A model generated the notes under the pieces. The model saw only the letters and a list, made by a program, of their open reading frames with translations, had not been told where the DNA came from and did not search any database. Positions 35,301 to 50,175 of a stretch of 64,000 nucleotides of DNA are shown here, one piece after another. The stretch lies in the IMG/VR virus record IMGVR_UViG_3300045988_143823; one strand, given 5' to 3'. Position numbers and translations under genes: made by a program. The stretch's first letter is position 1, and every line of letters begins with the position of its first letter. The DNA comes from a virus.

Positions 35301-38300
35301 TCCAGTAGTACCATCTAAGTAAGAAGCATCATTAGTAATAGTAATATATTTATAATACTCATCTAAGTTAACCGCTACTAATGGACGAGTGCCCAAGTCA
35401 GCTAAGTTATTTGTTGTATTATAATCAGTTAAATAATATGATTCAATACGATCAACAGTTTTTAAAGGTGGCTGTTTTAAATTAGAACCAAATACACTAG
35501 TAGTAATACCGCGTAAATGTCTGTATTTAGGAATAATTAAACCAGTTTTAAAATATTTATAGAAGTTATTCCATAAAACACTATCAGAAGTAGAATAGTT
35601 ACCATCTTCAGTAGCATCAACATTGTATTCAAATGAAGGAATACCAGTATTATTAATACCTAATTGAGTATCAATATCATAGAAAATTGGATACCAAATA
35701 TAGTCTCCGCCTTTCTTTTGAGGACCCCAAGAAGCCATCATACAGTTTTTACCACGAGAGTCATAACATTCAAAAATTTCTGTCATAACGAAATATGTAG
35801 CCATATATTCTTTATCGAAGTGGTCACTTAATTCATAAGTAAATTTATCACCACGATACTCTTGTGTGTCATATTTATAAGAGCGATCACCATAAATAAT
35901 AGTGGTTCCAATATAATATTTATTTGGTTCATAAGTTTCAGCAGTCACATTAGCCTTAGTTACTGCTTTACCACATTTAGCGTTTCCATCATAATTATAA
36001 TATGTTTTACTTGCATCAAATGCTTCATCTTTACATAAAACAACTAATCTATCAGCCTTTGTATCTAACTCTTCATCGCTATAAGATTCCAAAGTATAAT
36101 AACGTTTATCGGGATTAAATATATCAGTGCTATAACAAGGAACATAGGTAATATTATTATTTTTATCAATTTCACCAGTATATAATTTAGTTTTAATAGC
36201 ACTAAATAATACTGTTCCAACATAAGCAACGATATATTCATGACTATTTTCTTGATTAGGATTATAGTCAGGATTCTTTTTATAATAAGTAGTGCCTTCT
36301 ATATATTCTTTAGCTAAGGTATAAATCTATTCAGAAGTTGATGGATTAGTTGTCATAATATAATGTTTATTACTATCAAATAATTCTTCACCAACATCAC
36401 AGATTTTATAAGTACCATTTGATACAACTTTTTCAGTACAAGTACTCCAAACCCAAGCTACAGCGCGTTCCCAATTAGAATAATCTTTCAATAAATGCTG
36501 AGCGCGATTTTCTTGATTTAATGTAATATCATCCTTAGAAAATGTTAATGTTGGGTCTTTCTTACATTCTCCATCAGGAGCCATAATATAATCAAGAATA
36601 TCTTCGTCATTATGATAACGATATTCAAATGAGTCTGCTACCACAGGGGCAGATTGAACTGCATTTAATACACGAGAACCATCAGCATTAAATACATCAA
36701 ATTTCAAATCTTTGCGGTCTTGTGGGTCACGATATGAGCAGAAGGTACGGCTATTGTTTTCAAACTCCCAACATTCTGCTACTTTAGGCATACTCTTAGT
36801 ACCATCGCCTATAAATTTAGCTTTTGGATCTTTACCAGTAGTGCTGTCAAGTGCGAATCCATATACTTCATCAGAACCTTTATCTAAAAGCATATTGTAT
36901 ATACCAATAAATTGATAAATAGGCTCTGTGCTACCATCGACTGGTTTCTTTTTATGGAATGCAAGTACACGGAACCCTCGTACAGAAGTACGATAATCAT
37001 CAGTATTTTCAACCTTAAAATCGCTGTATCCAGGTTTCATAATATACCATTTATTATATTTAGGATTACTTGAATCAGCTACTTTTAATTTTGAATAAAC
37101 AGTTGGATTTTCAGCCATTAATTTTTGATATAATGCGTATGGACCTAAATCAAAATCTTCTTTGCTGGTAATCACAATATTATCTTCTAAGACTTCATTA
37201 CTTGCTGTTTTCGGATTACCCTTATGATTATAATAAGTATAAGTAGTTCCAGGAACATACTCAGTTGTTTCAGTCTCAACAGTTTTGTCAGGGTCTAAAA
37301 CCTAAAATGCTTTTGCATTATTATAATCGTCTAATGGATGTTTAGAATAAGCATTTTTAACCATATTTGCAAATCCCATATTATAAGTTCCAGAAGATTC
37401 CATGTAGTCAATCTTCATAGTAAATTTATGAGTTCCGCAAGTATAATTATTAAAATACCAATATTTTTGACGAGTTTTTTCATTGCCACGTTTTACGTAA
37501 GCAGTATTTTCAATATAAAAAGTATTAGGTTTATAAGGATTAGTTTCGCTAAATGTAACTTCCTTTTCACCATTTTCATCTTCATAATATTTAATTTTTA
37601 ATTGGCCAGTAGCAGAATCAACTAGAGGACCTAATGTTGTACTTAAAATATAAGGCTTCTAAGTAGAACCTAATACATCAGCATTATACTATTCTCTAAA
37701 TGGCCCACGGTTTAAGAAAATGTTAACACGCTTTTCGCCATCTACCGCATCGTTATTTTTAGTTTTAACTTTATAATTTCTACGAGGATAGAATTCAGAT
37801 GAAGTTCCTTGAACGCTCATTGATGCGCTATCACTAATAAATGAAGGACAATGATATTTATAATAAGTTTCAACAGCTTTTTGTTTTTCAGCTGCTGTCG
37901 CACCATCACCAAATAATTTATCAGCTTTAGCTAATTCTTCCAATTTACCTTTATTATAATACATTTCAAGTGGAGTATTAACAAATTCAACTCCAACATT
38001 TAATTTAACCTTTTTAGAATAAGGAAGTTTATTTTCACTATCTTCTAATTTAGTAGTATCAAAAATAATATAAGGCATTAATGGGGCATCAGGATGTTCA
38101 TTATTATACTTTATCATATTAGTATAGCTAAATTGGAATTCATCAATAGCAGTATTTTCTTCTGCTAATTTATTTTGATCGTAAATATTTACATTCTCAA
38201 AATCAGCAGCATAATTCATGACAATATCATTAACGTTTAAATCAGTGCGATATACTCGGACCTTATATAAATCAATATCACAGTAATCACTGTTAAATTC

Positions 38301-40517
38301 AATTTTATCATTTTCTACAACAAATCCATTTTCTTGAGTGTTTCTAACAACACTAGTTAGTACACCATTTAAATAAATATAAATTAAATTTTGAATTTTT
38401 TCTTTACTATATTTACATACAACAGATAAAGTAATAATTTTATTTTCTACATAAGATACGTTTACGGTATCAGTACCATTAGAGAAAAACGCATCCTGTG
38501 GTCCTAAACATAAACCAGTAACGGCTTTAGTATTACCAGAAGAGTAACTACCTATAACATTACTTAAATTAATTTGCTTAGCAATATGACTAAATTCTAA
38601 ATCATCATATTCCATTCTACGTTTATTACCATTTTTATCGACAAATTCAACTTCATAAGTTTTTAAATACCAAGCTAAAAATGCATCATAGTTGGTGTAT
38701 GTAGTATTAAATTTGCCAGTTTCTTCATCATAAAATGCTTTATATAATTTTTCATCATTTTTATAACGAGTAATAGTACGAATTAAATTTGAATAATCCT
38801 AAACATTACGAATTTTGAAAGTTAATTCAATACTATGAGACTGCTCAGTAGCTTGAGAGCCACTAGGATTTGAAAATACAGTGCGACCAATAGGAATAGA
38901 TAATTTAGCACCATTACTAATACGTAAACAAGTTTTATTATCTTCATCCGTAGTCCAACCATTATTATACCAATTAAAATTAGTAAAAGTCGCCGCACAA
39001 GGTTCAGCCCCTAGAGCTGTAGAAGAATTTACTAAAGTAGTGCGTTTAGCCAACGTTTCAGAATTAGAACGTCCACTACCTACTGTGTTTAATAAATAAG
39101 TTAAGAAGCCTTGCTTCTAAATACCAAAGTCTGTTCTTGTTGGGTCATTTACAACACGAATTTCAATTTTACGGGTAGTCTCACGCGCTCCATCACCACA
39201 AGTAATAGTGTAGTGATTAATTACATTTAATTCAGGATTAGCAATTTCAAAAATAGCAAATTTCTTAGAATCTGTAATTGTTTGAGGAGAATAAGAAAGT
39301 TCAATATTATTACGTTTAAAATGCACTACTGGGTTTTCAGCCTATGGGTCAAAAACACGGAAAGGAATTTGAATAGTGTCATAATTATAATATTCATCTT
39401 TATAGTCTCCCAACCAAATAATTGGAGGAGCTTGAGGGTCTAAACCATCATAAACAGCTACTTCAAAAATTAAAGGGTCAACTTCAATTCCTTTTTTGCC
39501 ATTAATTGATTGGAATAAACGAATCCAAACTTTATGATAACCATTAACTACAGGGATATATTGTGAAACATTAACAGTCTATAATGTAGCCGAATTAGCG
39601 GCTAAAGATACACTTAAAAATGGTTCATCTTCATTGTCAAAATAATATTCAACAATTTTATCCATAGCGCCATTAACATTACATTGTAATACTAATTTAC
39701 TAGGCTCGAAATAACTTAAATTAGAAAAACTACTTGATTCTTGTAATTCTAACTTAGAAGTTTTAAATGTTACTAAACGAGTAACTGTGCTTGGATGATT
39801 GGTTTGACTAGCCACTAATACTAATCTTGAAGAAGCATCGTCTTTAGCCAATTTACCAAATTCAAAAGCATATTTCTCGCCATCAGGCACTTGGAATGTT
39901 CCTGAATTATATTGGTTGTAATTGGTGCCATCATCAGTATATTCTAACTTCCAATTAATTGTTAGAATAGAGTCATAAGAATTACCCTTTTTATTTTTAG
40001 CTGATGTGGCGACAAATGTTATTTCTTGAGAACGTCCATTAATTAAGTTAACAGTAGGTAATGAGTCTACAGTTAATTCAATATCAGAAGCTAATGAGCT
40101 AGGGTCATCTCCTCCCCCTCCACCAGCAACAGTTAAACGACGACATAGCACATTTTGAAATGCTCGCTGAACTTTTATTACACGATAAAAACAATTATCA
40201 CCTAAATTGATAATTAAATCATCTTCTTCGGGATACTCTCCGCCTTCAATAGCTCCGATTGGAATATTGATTTCATCTTCTAGTTTTTCAGCATCAGTCG
40301 GAGTATAATTGGCATAATAAATACCAGAATTACTTCCTGAGCCACCACCACTACCGCTTCCTAAAAGCTTTCGTGATACCATTGTACCATCAGCTTGAGT
40401 ATAGTCTATGAAAATTTTACCAGTATCAACTGCAAAATAAACATATCCATCATTAAAACCCATTAAATCTAATTTAGCTTCAGTACCACGAACAGGGATG
40501 AATCGTTTATTGCTCAT
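32355..40517 (-). CDS. giant virion/tail protein (about 2720 codons) with about 14 in-frame TAG codons; N-terminal fibre-anchor-like motif
   Basis: RBS AAAGGAGATACTTGC then ATG at 40517. Eight ORF-track fragments (39579, 39117, 38799, 37689, 36327, 34512, 33210, 32616) are all in one frame. The gaps at 36093-36326, 37176-37688, 38616-39578 and 32355-32615 were manually translated: they contain only TAG and no TAA/TGA. It ends at a TGA at 32355. Confidence 0.5.
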
Positions 40518-40569
40518 GCAAGTATCTCCTTTCTATCTTAAATTTTATATAAAACAAAATTATATATAA

Positions 40570-40602
40570 AAAAAATGGGAGAGGAATTTTCCTCTCCCAA
40601 AT
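40570..40602. terminator. hairpin terminator (tgggagagg-aatttt-cctctccca)
   Basis: 9-bp GC-rich stem preceded by an A-run. Confidence 0.55.
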
Positions 40603-40658
40603 TCCTTCGTTGATTTTTAAAAAAACCACGAATATAATTATTATAGATTGTCCTTAAA

Positions 40659-42302
40659 TTAGAAAGAACCCCAAACCAAATCAGCAGTAACAGTACTACC
40701 AGATGCAGTTAGTTTTAAAGTATCAGATTTTAATACCATCTTTGCATTTTTATCAGATACTAAACTAGTTCCAGCTTGTAAAGTATGTGCTACAGTAACA
40801 GTGTTAGTAGCATCATCACGAGTAGCACTATCTGGACCGGGCTTATATTCTAAAGTCTGGATAGTTTTAGTATTAATACCAGTGATATGACCATTATCAT
40901 AAGTGACAGAATCGATAACATCGAAAGTACCACCATTAGTTAATGATTTGCCATCAGTAGTTGATGTAGTATCATAAGTATCATGCTTGATAGTTACAGA
41001 TAATTGATTTGGTGCTGAACCACCATTATCAGTAGAATCAATAACAATGCCATCACCTTCGGTAAAAGCAATTTTACCAACTACTCCACCACCATTACTA
41101 GAAGTAATGGTCATGCTATCGGTTGCACCTGCAGCTTTAAAAATATAAGTAGTATCAATCTATGCATCATCGCCAGAAGGAACATAAGTCCATTCGACAT
41201 CACCAATAGCTAAAACACCATTGGTTTCAGATTTTTTATCTTTGGCAGTTGCAATTAATAAATCGCCAATACCAGCAGTTTTACCAGTAGCATAAGTTAA
41301 ATTGCCACCTTGAACTAAGAACATGTCGCCAATATGAATCTCAGCAGCAGTTCCACCCTTTAATACATTGAAACTTGCATCCATAGTAAAGGTAGTGCCA
41401 CTAGTGCCAATAGTGCCACGATAAGTCATACCGTCAAGTTTATTAATTAACGCATCGACTTGGTCTTTAGAGTAAACAGGAAGGTCTACTTGTTTAGTAT
41501 CGCTACCAATACCATAATAACTACCATCAACGAAATAACCTAACTTTTGTGTCTTTAAAAGACCAGTAGTTCCAGCAGTATCAGAAGCTCCTACTTGTAA
41601 TTCACCATCATTGTTTAGACCTAAAATAATACCATTTAATTTAGTATCTTTAGATGCAATTTGAATACCATTACTTTTATCAATTTTAGTAACAGTTACA
41701 TTGTCGCCGCCTTTGATGTGGACAGTGCTATCATCCTATAATGCGCTACCTAATACTAAATCAATATCATTAGTAGTATTAGCATCCTCTTGAACATTAA
41801 GAGTATAGGTATCACCAGTAATTGTGAGTGCTTTATTATTAGCCATGGCTACTTGAGCACCCTTAGCTCCAGTAATAGTTACATCAGCTGCGGTAATAGT
41901 TTTACCAGCATCACTATTAGTACCACCAGTAGTAATCTTAACACCCTTGTCAACTGAAGAAACAACTTGAGTTAGAGCAGTTAAAATAGTATCGTCATCA
42001 GGATTGATTTGCGCCCAAGCAGTACCATTATAATATGCTAAAACATTTTCAGTTACACAATAAGCGATATCGCCTTTAGTAGATACCGTTGTTTTTGCCT
42101 TTAATGTACTTAAATTATCATAAATTTCAACACTTTTATTTAAAAGAGCCAGTTCATCAGCTTGACCAATATATAAACGACTACTATCAGAAGTTAAATA
42201 AAATGTACCTACTTCCCAGCCCTTTTGAGAATCTTTTAATGTATTTAAACTCGCTTGAGTACCAAGTTTAAATTTTACAGCATTACCAGTATAATCAGCC
42301 AT
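40659..42302 (-). CDS. tail fibre protein (547 aa), 2 in-frame TAG codons
   Basis: RBS AAAGGAGATTTTATT; N-terminus MADYTGNAVKFKLGTQASLNTLK resembles the conserved tail-fibre N-terminus (xKFKTxITxAGxAKLA type); ORFs 41736, 41160 and 40659 are in one frame joined by TAG; ends TAA. Confidence 0.55.
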
Positions 42303-42329
42303 AATAAAATCTCCTTTTTATTTTAAAAA

Positions 42330-43268
42330 TTACTCTGAGAGTTCACCCCAAATAATACTCTCATAAACTTTATTAATTTCGTTGACAATATTAGTAGTAT
42401 CTCCAGCCGCATAAGCTTTACCGAGGTCATTTAATGAGCCAACAGTAGAATTAAATACCTCAAGCGAAGTATATTCTTCAACAAGTTTCTTTTCAACAGC
42501 TTGTAACTGAGAAACTTTTGCATATCCAGTTAAATCAGCATTACCAAATGTACCTAATTTTTCTGGTTTTGAGTTGATAAGCATATATTCATCATAAGAA
42601 TTGTTATCATCTCCACTACTATTAGGCACTAAGTAAACAACATTTTCTTTATTATTTTCCGCTGAAGTAATATCTTCTAAGCTGCCGACAGGTTTATAGG
42701 TTAAATGATTCGCATTAGCGATTTCATTTTTAATAACAGTATTAAAATTATCAACTTGATTTTGTAGATTAACAATTTTAGTACTAATAGTATGAAAATC
42801 TTCTTCGGGCTTTTCCCACTCTAACTTACCAGCAGCTCCTTTTTTCAAATAAGAGCCACTTTCTGCAGTATCAAATCCAATGAGATTTAATTCAGGATTT
42901 GACCCTTCAACAGTTTTAAATTCAAATGTATTAGCATTAACATTAATCTCTAATTGACTAGCTATTAAACTAGCAACATCAGCCAATGATTTACTTTCCC
43001 ATTTACCGCTGTCATTTTTAACTAAAAACGCACCAGCATCAGTTACAGTTTCTAAAACATCACTAATATCAGATAACTTAGTAATATTAGTCTCCGAGCC
43101 AGAGCCACTAATTAATTTATCACCTAAATATAAATATCCATTTTTCTTATCTGCAGATTCATAAATAAAATATAAAGTATTAGGATCTATTAGTTTTCGC
43201 GCCTTTAATGAATTATAAGCAGTTATTGTACCGCGCTAAAACTTTACATAATTAACATTATTTGGCAT
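42330..43268 (-). CDS. tail-fibre-like protein (312 aa), one in-frame TAG
   Basis: RBS GGAAAGGAGATTAAT then ATG at 43268; N-terminal YVKF...TLYFIYESADKKNGYLYLG motif; ORF-track entry 42330..42986 is the distal part. Confidence 0.5.
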
Positions 43269-43343
43269 ATTAATCTCCTTTCCTTTAGAATCATTTATAA
43301 TTATAAAAGAAATCTTTTCCCTTACTATTGGTATATAAAAAAA

Positions 43344-43374
43344 GTTGGCCCATAATTAATCCTTATGGGCCAAC
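43344..43374. terminator. hairpin terminator (gttggcccataa...ttatgggccaac)
   Basis: 12-bp perfect stem. Confidence 0.6.
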
Positions 43375-43379
43375 GTTAT

Positions 43380-46300
43380 TTATTCCTAAAAAATCGAAAG
43401 AATTTCTTCTGGTTTATAGTAAGAAATATTAATTACCTACTCACTATCTTCATAATAATTTTCTTTATCACTAGCACTAATTGCAATTTTTTTCCATAGC
43501 CCATCAATATTATGAGCATCTAATAAATACCCACTTTTATCTAATCTATAATATTCAGCATTTGGAATATATTCATCATTCGCTTGAACAACAATATACT
43601 ATGGAGATTCAGTTTCATCTAAATAATAAACCATTAATCTCTAATCAGGGGTTAATGAATTAAAAACTGATTTTAATGTTGTAGTATCTTTAATAGAAGT
43701 TTCTAAAACATAATCAGTGCCATCTTTGAAATTATTATATTCAATTTCAGCAGCTTTTTTAGTGCTATAAATTACACTAGGCCGATTCTAAATATAGGAA
43801 GGTGAACCTGGATGATCTTGAGTCCAATTAGCTTGATATTTATCTCTACATTGCTGGAATTCTCTTAATAAACCCCATAGAGAATTTATATCACGATAAT
43901 ATTGTACTCCTTCTTCAAAACCAGATGCTTTTTTATATAGTAAATATGCTGTATAATATGTCTTTTTATTATTAAATTTAGTAATATCTCCAGCATATAC
44001 TTTATCACCATTATCATTTTCAATATAATAGGCAGTATCAGGACTGGGGTCATTATCTAAATTTTCAACTTTTTCCCAAATGGGATAATTATCTTGGACA
44101 ACATATAATGGCCCAAAAGCTCCAGTATGTAGAGTTGAAAATGTTTTTTCAGTTTTAATATCCCATTGATTGTTAGGATTTCTTAAACCAAAGTCAATCT
44201 CACCACGTTTACCATAATACACTACGTCTTTTGCCGGCTCGCCTGTTAAAATATTACCTTTTGAATCTACTATCGGATTACCATTTTGATCATATAAATC
44301 TGCCCAAACATATTCACTTTTTACTGGAATAAAATTATTAATGCTATATGAATCAGTGTATTTACCTAATAAATTTAATAATGCATTATACATACCCCAA
44401 ATAGTTTCTTGTGAAGGTATATCATAATAATCATTATCTGTTTCTAATCCTAATAATTTATATAAATAACGAATTAATTCAGAAATAGTTTTAGGATATA
44501 GCGTTGAGTCATTAGGATCTCTATCGTTACCTATAAACAAATAACGCTTTTTATCTGTGGTATTTTTATCTGCTGGGATAAAAATACAATAAGCTTGACG
44601 GTATAGTTTGTCACTTTTACCAACTTGAATATACTATTCTGGATCCATAATATAATATACCTAATTTGAATCAAAATTATTCTAATTGGGTATATATTTA
44701 TTATCTTTTTTAATATATAAAATTTCATCAATTTCATCGAAAGCATGCTAATCTAATTCAATTTTTACATAAGTAGTATTAGGATCGGGGTAATATAACT
44801 CACCATTTAAATACTTTTTATCACTATAATCAACATAAGTATTAGTTTCACCATAATCTTGAGGATTATATATGACCCAAGTACCACGAGGATATACTAA
44901 ATCCCACATTAATGAAGCCATATTACCTAATTCTGGAAGATTAATATCAAATGTACGCTAGTCAATTTGTTTAGCATATTTTAATTCATTATTAACATAG
45001 AATCCTGAATCAGATAATTGAAGAGAAAATGGTTCATCTATGTTTGATAATGTTCCTTCATCAAGTTTATTGTTAATTAATTTATATCCTTTGGTATCCA
45101 TATGGACTGGATATAATTCACCAGAACTAGTTTTCTTTAAATAAATTTCATTTACTCTATCAGGAATATAATGCTATCTACGTTTATTAAATCCTTCAAT
45201 ATTATAATGGAAATCTGTATTTGTATTAAATTTCCAATTACGAGGTAAATGTAATTTATAATCTAAATCAGTACTTCTAAAAGTATCTATATGAGGTCCA
45301 TGATTATGATGTACTCTAACTTTTTGAGCATACTATCTTCTCTATTGATTGTATTTTTTCTCATTATAAGAAATATTACCAGCATCATCTGTAATAATAT
45401 ATTCATCAATAATAGCTTCTATTAATTTATTATTATCAAAATAATATAATTGCTAAGGGATTTTTACTAATCGTTTAAATAATTCAAATGAAATGTATCC
45501 AGGTTCTTCTAATTTTTTATGATAATATTTTAATGTAATACCATTATTTTCAGTAGCAGAATATTTTGACCCAACAGACAAAGCAGTATAATGAGGCGGG
45601 TCATTTACAATATAATCTGAACTATAATAAATATTACCAAGGGTTTCTAAATACATATCAAGAATTTCTTGACTTGTAATAATTTCAAGTTTTTTACCAT
45701 TTACATCTTTTTCTAATGGTTCATAAATAATTATATCGCTAGTAATTTTTTTATATTCAAATAAGGGACCACGATAAATATCTTTTATAGGTAATGCCTT
45801 ATATTCTTCTTTACGAGCTTTTTTTAAATCAGCAATAGCTTGTTTCCAAATTTGAACTTTAGATGCATATTGAGATAACATATCATCTAAATTTGTAATT
45901 TTAGTGTTATAATATTCTTCAGAGACTTTATCTCCTGCATATTGAGCAAGAGCTTTTTCACGAACTAAATTTGCTCTATATTCACTATATCCACCAATTT
46001 TATCAGCATTCGCCTCATGATTAGTGTCAAATGTAAATAAACCTTTATATTCTTCAGAATTATTAATTTTTTCTTCATAATCAATAATTTCTTCTAAATT
46101 TTCTTTTACTGATTCTTCTAATTTTTTTACCTTAGGAGTGCTAGCATTCCATTTATCAACAATATAACTAATATCTAATTCTTTATATTTAGGAATAGTA
46201 AGAGCAGTTTCTCCTTCTCCTATAATTGTTTCGCCGTCTAATTGATAATAACTATTTAATGGAGACAACTAAACACGGCTATTATCTTCATATAAAAAAC

Positions 46301-47006
46301 TAACTTTTTCATATTCATCATTATCATCAGGAGCGTCTACTATAGCTTCAAATTTAGGAGCTTTAGAATCTAAACTCGCAACCATAATATACTTTTCAGT
46401 AATTGTAGTATTATTACTAACTGAACACCAAATTTTTTGCCATACAGTATGGTCATAATTAGCTTGATAATGTTTTTTATCTATTTCTTTATTTATAGAA
46501 TATTCACAATTTTCATCAATTCCATCAGGTGTTAAATTATTTAATGGGTCTTGAGTAATACTATCTTTTAATAAATAATATCTCTAATTGGAATCATAAA
46601 AATCAGTTTTAGGGTCTACTTTAAAATAGTCTCCATAAGGACGCTATGAAGTAAGTTTTGGGTCCATATCACCAATAGTCTAAATACTACCTTGAATTTT
46701 ATAAACCCACAACACTGGACAATTAGCCGTAAATTTTTCAACTTCATTGCCCTTTTCGTCATTAGCAGTTTGATGCCACTAAGCTTTTATTTCTGTTGAT
46801 ATATAAGGACTATATCGACGTTCGCCATAATTAATAAATACATAACGAGTGTTATACACTCCATCGCCATTAATATTCCCAGTAGAGGAGCCATCTGGAG
46901 CGCGTTTAGCTATGGCTTGTTCCATTTCATAACGATTGGTATAAGTTTTATCAAATGTTAAAGCAATTCGTGGATTAACTTTTAAATTACCATAAAATGA
47001 ACTCAA
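43380..47006 (-). CDS. large structural protein (about 1208 aa), about 14 in-frame TAG codons; TTG start
   Basis: Embedded RBS AAGGAGGGG then TTG directly after the upstream TAA. The gaps 44541-45452 and 43383-43787 were translated: 7 and 4 TAGs, and no TAA/TGA. Ends at a TAA at 43380. Confidence 0.45.
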
Positions 47007-47348
47007 TTAACTCCCCTCCTTTTCGTATAAAATATCTATTAATAAATAAGCATCTTGATTTTCATCTATATTAGTTAATGACATTTCATCAAAATTAATA
47101 GATGTTACTACACCAGAGCCCTAAGTCATATCTAATTCATACAAACCAACTCCACCAATCATTATATAGTCTTGATTGGCATTAAGTCTAAATTTAGTAC
47201 CTGGTAAACTTTGGATTCCTAATTTTATAATAGGAGTATAATCATCAAAAATTACTCCTGACATTAATTTAGCTTTAGTTATTGTTACTGGATAATTTTT
47301 TTCATTTAATTCACCAAAATATCGAAACTAAACAACACTTTTAGCCAT
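47007..47348 (-). CDS. small structural protein (about 113 aa), 2 in-frame TAG codons
   Basis: RBS GAGAGGAGACGGAGTA then ATG; TAA stop abuts the next gene's TTG. Confidence 0.4.
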
Positions 47349-47364
47349 TACTCCGTCTCCTCTC

Positions 47365-50175
47365 TTATAGCAATCTTGGAGGGGCTTTTGTAGCCACTAC
47401 AGTCATCATACCATTATGATTTAACTAAATGGTAATTTTATTTAAAATATATTCTCCATGTATATCACTTTTATTATCATCAACTGTAATAATTGTATTT
47501 GGTTCTAAATAATAAACAGGGACAGATTTTAAATTTATTTTTTCATTCAAATAAGCATATTGATATAATAAATTATTCAATTCATCATATGTTGTTTTAC
47601 CCTAAGATGAAATAACAAATTTATCTTCATACATTTTAGGTAATGGTATATAAGCATATCCATCCTATAATAAATTTTGTTTCTAATATAAGCTATATTT
47701 TTCAGGACTAATATAAATTATATTAGGAGTATCCCTATAAATAATAGATTTAATAGCATCATTATTAACAATTTTCGGCCTATCTCCAATAGCTTTCACA
47801 GAGTACTTGCCTATCGTACATTCTGAATCTTCTATAAAATCCATCCAAAATTCTAATGTAGAAGGGTCAGTAATATATTTTCTATTCCATCCATAATACT
47901 CTTTTTCATTATCTGGTAATGGCATCTACTCCTCAGGTTTTTGTGGATTCGGCATGCCAACAAAATAATTTTTATAATCAGTTGTTGTAGGATTATATAT
48001 TTTTCTCCAATATGCTAATAAATCAGCATAATAACTTTCATAACCAGTACATCCATTTTTAAATTCTGGATTATTTTGAGTTAATTTTACTGCATAATCA
48101 TCATTATGTCCATATTTCTCATAATCTAATGCCATTTGATAAATTAATTCACGCCAATTCTATTTTACATAATACTATGTATTTTTATCTTGGTCTGGCA
48201 TTACTGGCTAATACACATAAGCCTTGCCGCCTTTTTGATATAAAGGATCAAACCAACTTGCCCAGGGATGCGTACACATAGAACCATGTCCAGTATATCC
48301 TATACTACCATCTGACAATAAATCAAAAACATATAATTTTTTATTTTCCCAATCATTCCACTAACCATAACTTGAACTGCAGGAAGTGCCATAAAATTTT
48401 TTCATTAACTCATCATTATGACATTCACCATAAAGAGAAGCAATATCTATATTTACTCCTCCATTTTTCCCATCATAATAGTCTCCCAGCTCTCTATCAG
48501 GATACTATCCTAAATATAACTTATAAAGTTCAGCCCAGTCTTTAACATCCCACCATTGTTCATCAAGAGCAGTTCCCTATAAAGTATCTTTTGGATTAGG
48601 AGTTTTTACAAATTCTCCAGTTTTTAGTGGATCATAAGAACGATAAACTCTTCCATCAATTGTAGTATATTTTTTAGGTTTTTCATCAATAGCATATCGT
48701 AAATGAATGGGTACGCCTTCACTATTCGCAGTAGTTGGATTCTTTTTGCCCCAAATCATAAAATTATTTTTTATTTTAGAAAAATCAGGAGTATGCTAAA
48801 ATGAAGAAATTAAAACATTATCTGAAAAATTATAAGAACTTTTTGAAGCTAACATTGCAACTTCTGCATAAATCTAATTATAAGTATACTAATTATCATG
48901 CTTTTCATAAATAGAATTTAATTTTTCATCTTCTTCAGGATTAACTGAATCTGTAGTTTTTATCATACTAGTCCAAGACTAATTTACATAAGTCCGCTTT
49001 TTCTAAAAAACAAATTGTCCATCAAGATTATAAAAATATTCATAATCTCCAAAAGTAGAACAAATTTTATCAAGCACTGAAGTGATTGTATCTCCTACAT
49101 TAACTACCAAACCATCTTCATCAGGCCAATATAAATCTACTGCTCGATATCCAGCCGTACCAGTACCACTAATTTTAGAAACATAATATCCTATTTTATC
49201 ATTAGGACTATCTTTTACTTTAGTTTTAAAAGTATTTGAACCAATTTCAGTTAATTCACTATCTGTCAATTGATTTAATTGGACTTTTTTCCCAGTAGTA
49301 GTATATTTTGTTAAAGTTGTATCAAAAGTAATATTGACATAAATACCATTATCATCTAAAAAAGCATAAAAATCACCATCAGTATATCGTAATAATTCTA
49401 AACCTTTATCATCAACATCTTTAATTAAAATATTATGAAAAGGCTCATTTCCATAAAAATGGATCATTTCACGAATAATATATGTGATAGGACGTCTTAT
49501 TTTTTTATATTTTTTAATTTCTCCACTAATACTATCTTTAACTTCAACAATACCCAACATTAATTCATTATTTTGCTATTCGGTTAAATATGCTATACCT
49601 TCATCAGTTAAATATTGAGTTTCAGTATTTTTATCAATTCTCCAATGTAAATTTTTTATTAAATTATATTTTACAATTAATTCAGATACATTTAAATTTT
49701 CTTCATCATATTCAACTAATTCTATTGCAAAATCAATTGGATTAGGAAAATTTCCTCCAATATCACCATTTAATAAACACATTTTATCTTTTCCTGAAAT
49801 AGCAATTTTACATCCAGTAGAAGTAAGTGTTGTATTAAAAGCAGTAATTAAAAACATACCTTGCGGGAACCAAATTAAATCATCATAATCAGAATCAATA
49901 TTATTAATTAGGCCAATATAAAGATTAAATTTAGTTGTTAATCCCCAATATACATCAGTAATATTTACTCCTTCAGATACTAATTGTACTGAACAAGAAC
50001 GACGAACAGCGGAGGACCCATCAATATTGATGGATCCTCCAGAAGCTTTGCCTTCAATCGATTCAACAGGTTCTTCATCTTTATTTAAACTTACAATTTT
50101 AATAAAAACTTCTTTCTAGTTGTCTAAATCTAACTATTTCAAAAAATGAGTATCTAACAAAGGATTATTTTTCAT
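47365..50175 (-). CDS. tail/baseplate protein (about 936 aa) with several in-frame TAG codons
   Basis: ATG at 50173-75 overlaps the upstream TGA (ATGA); five ORF-track fragments are in one frame; ends at a TAA at 47365. Confidence 0.45.

Noticed and set aside
37338-37601. Plus-strand ORF inside the giant minus-strand gene
   Set aside because: Antisense to a well-supported coding frame and has a low-complexity translation. The same applies to 44531..44746, 53198..53437, 56768..57022, 12252..12541 and other opposite-strand or off-frame entries
22551-47006. Whether the long run of same-frame minus-strand ORFs is one single gene
   Set aside because: Real boundaries exist: RBS+ATG starts at 27485, 40517, 42302 and 43268, TAA/TGA stops at 22302, 32355, 40659, 42330 and 43380, and intervening terminators. 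It is therefore several genes that happen to share a frame
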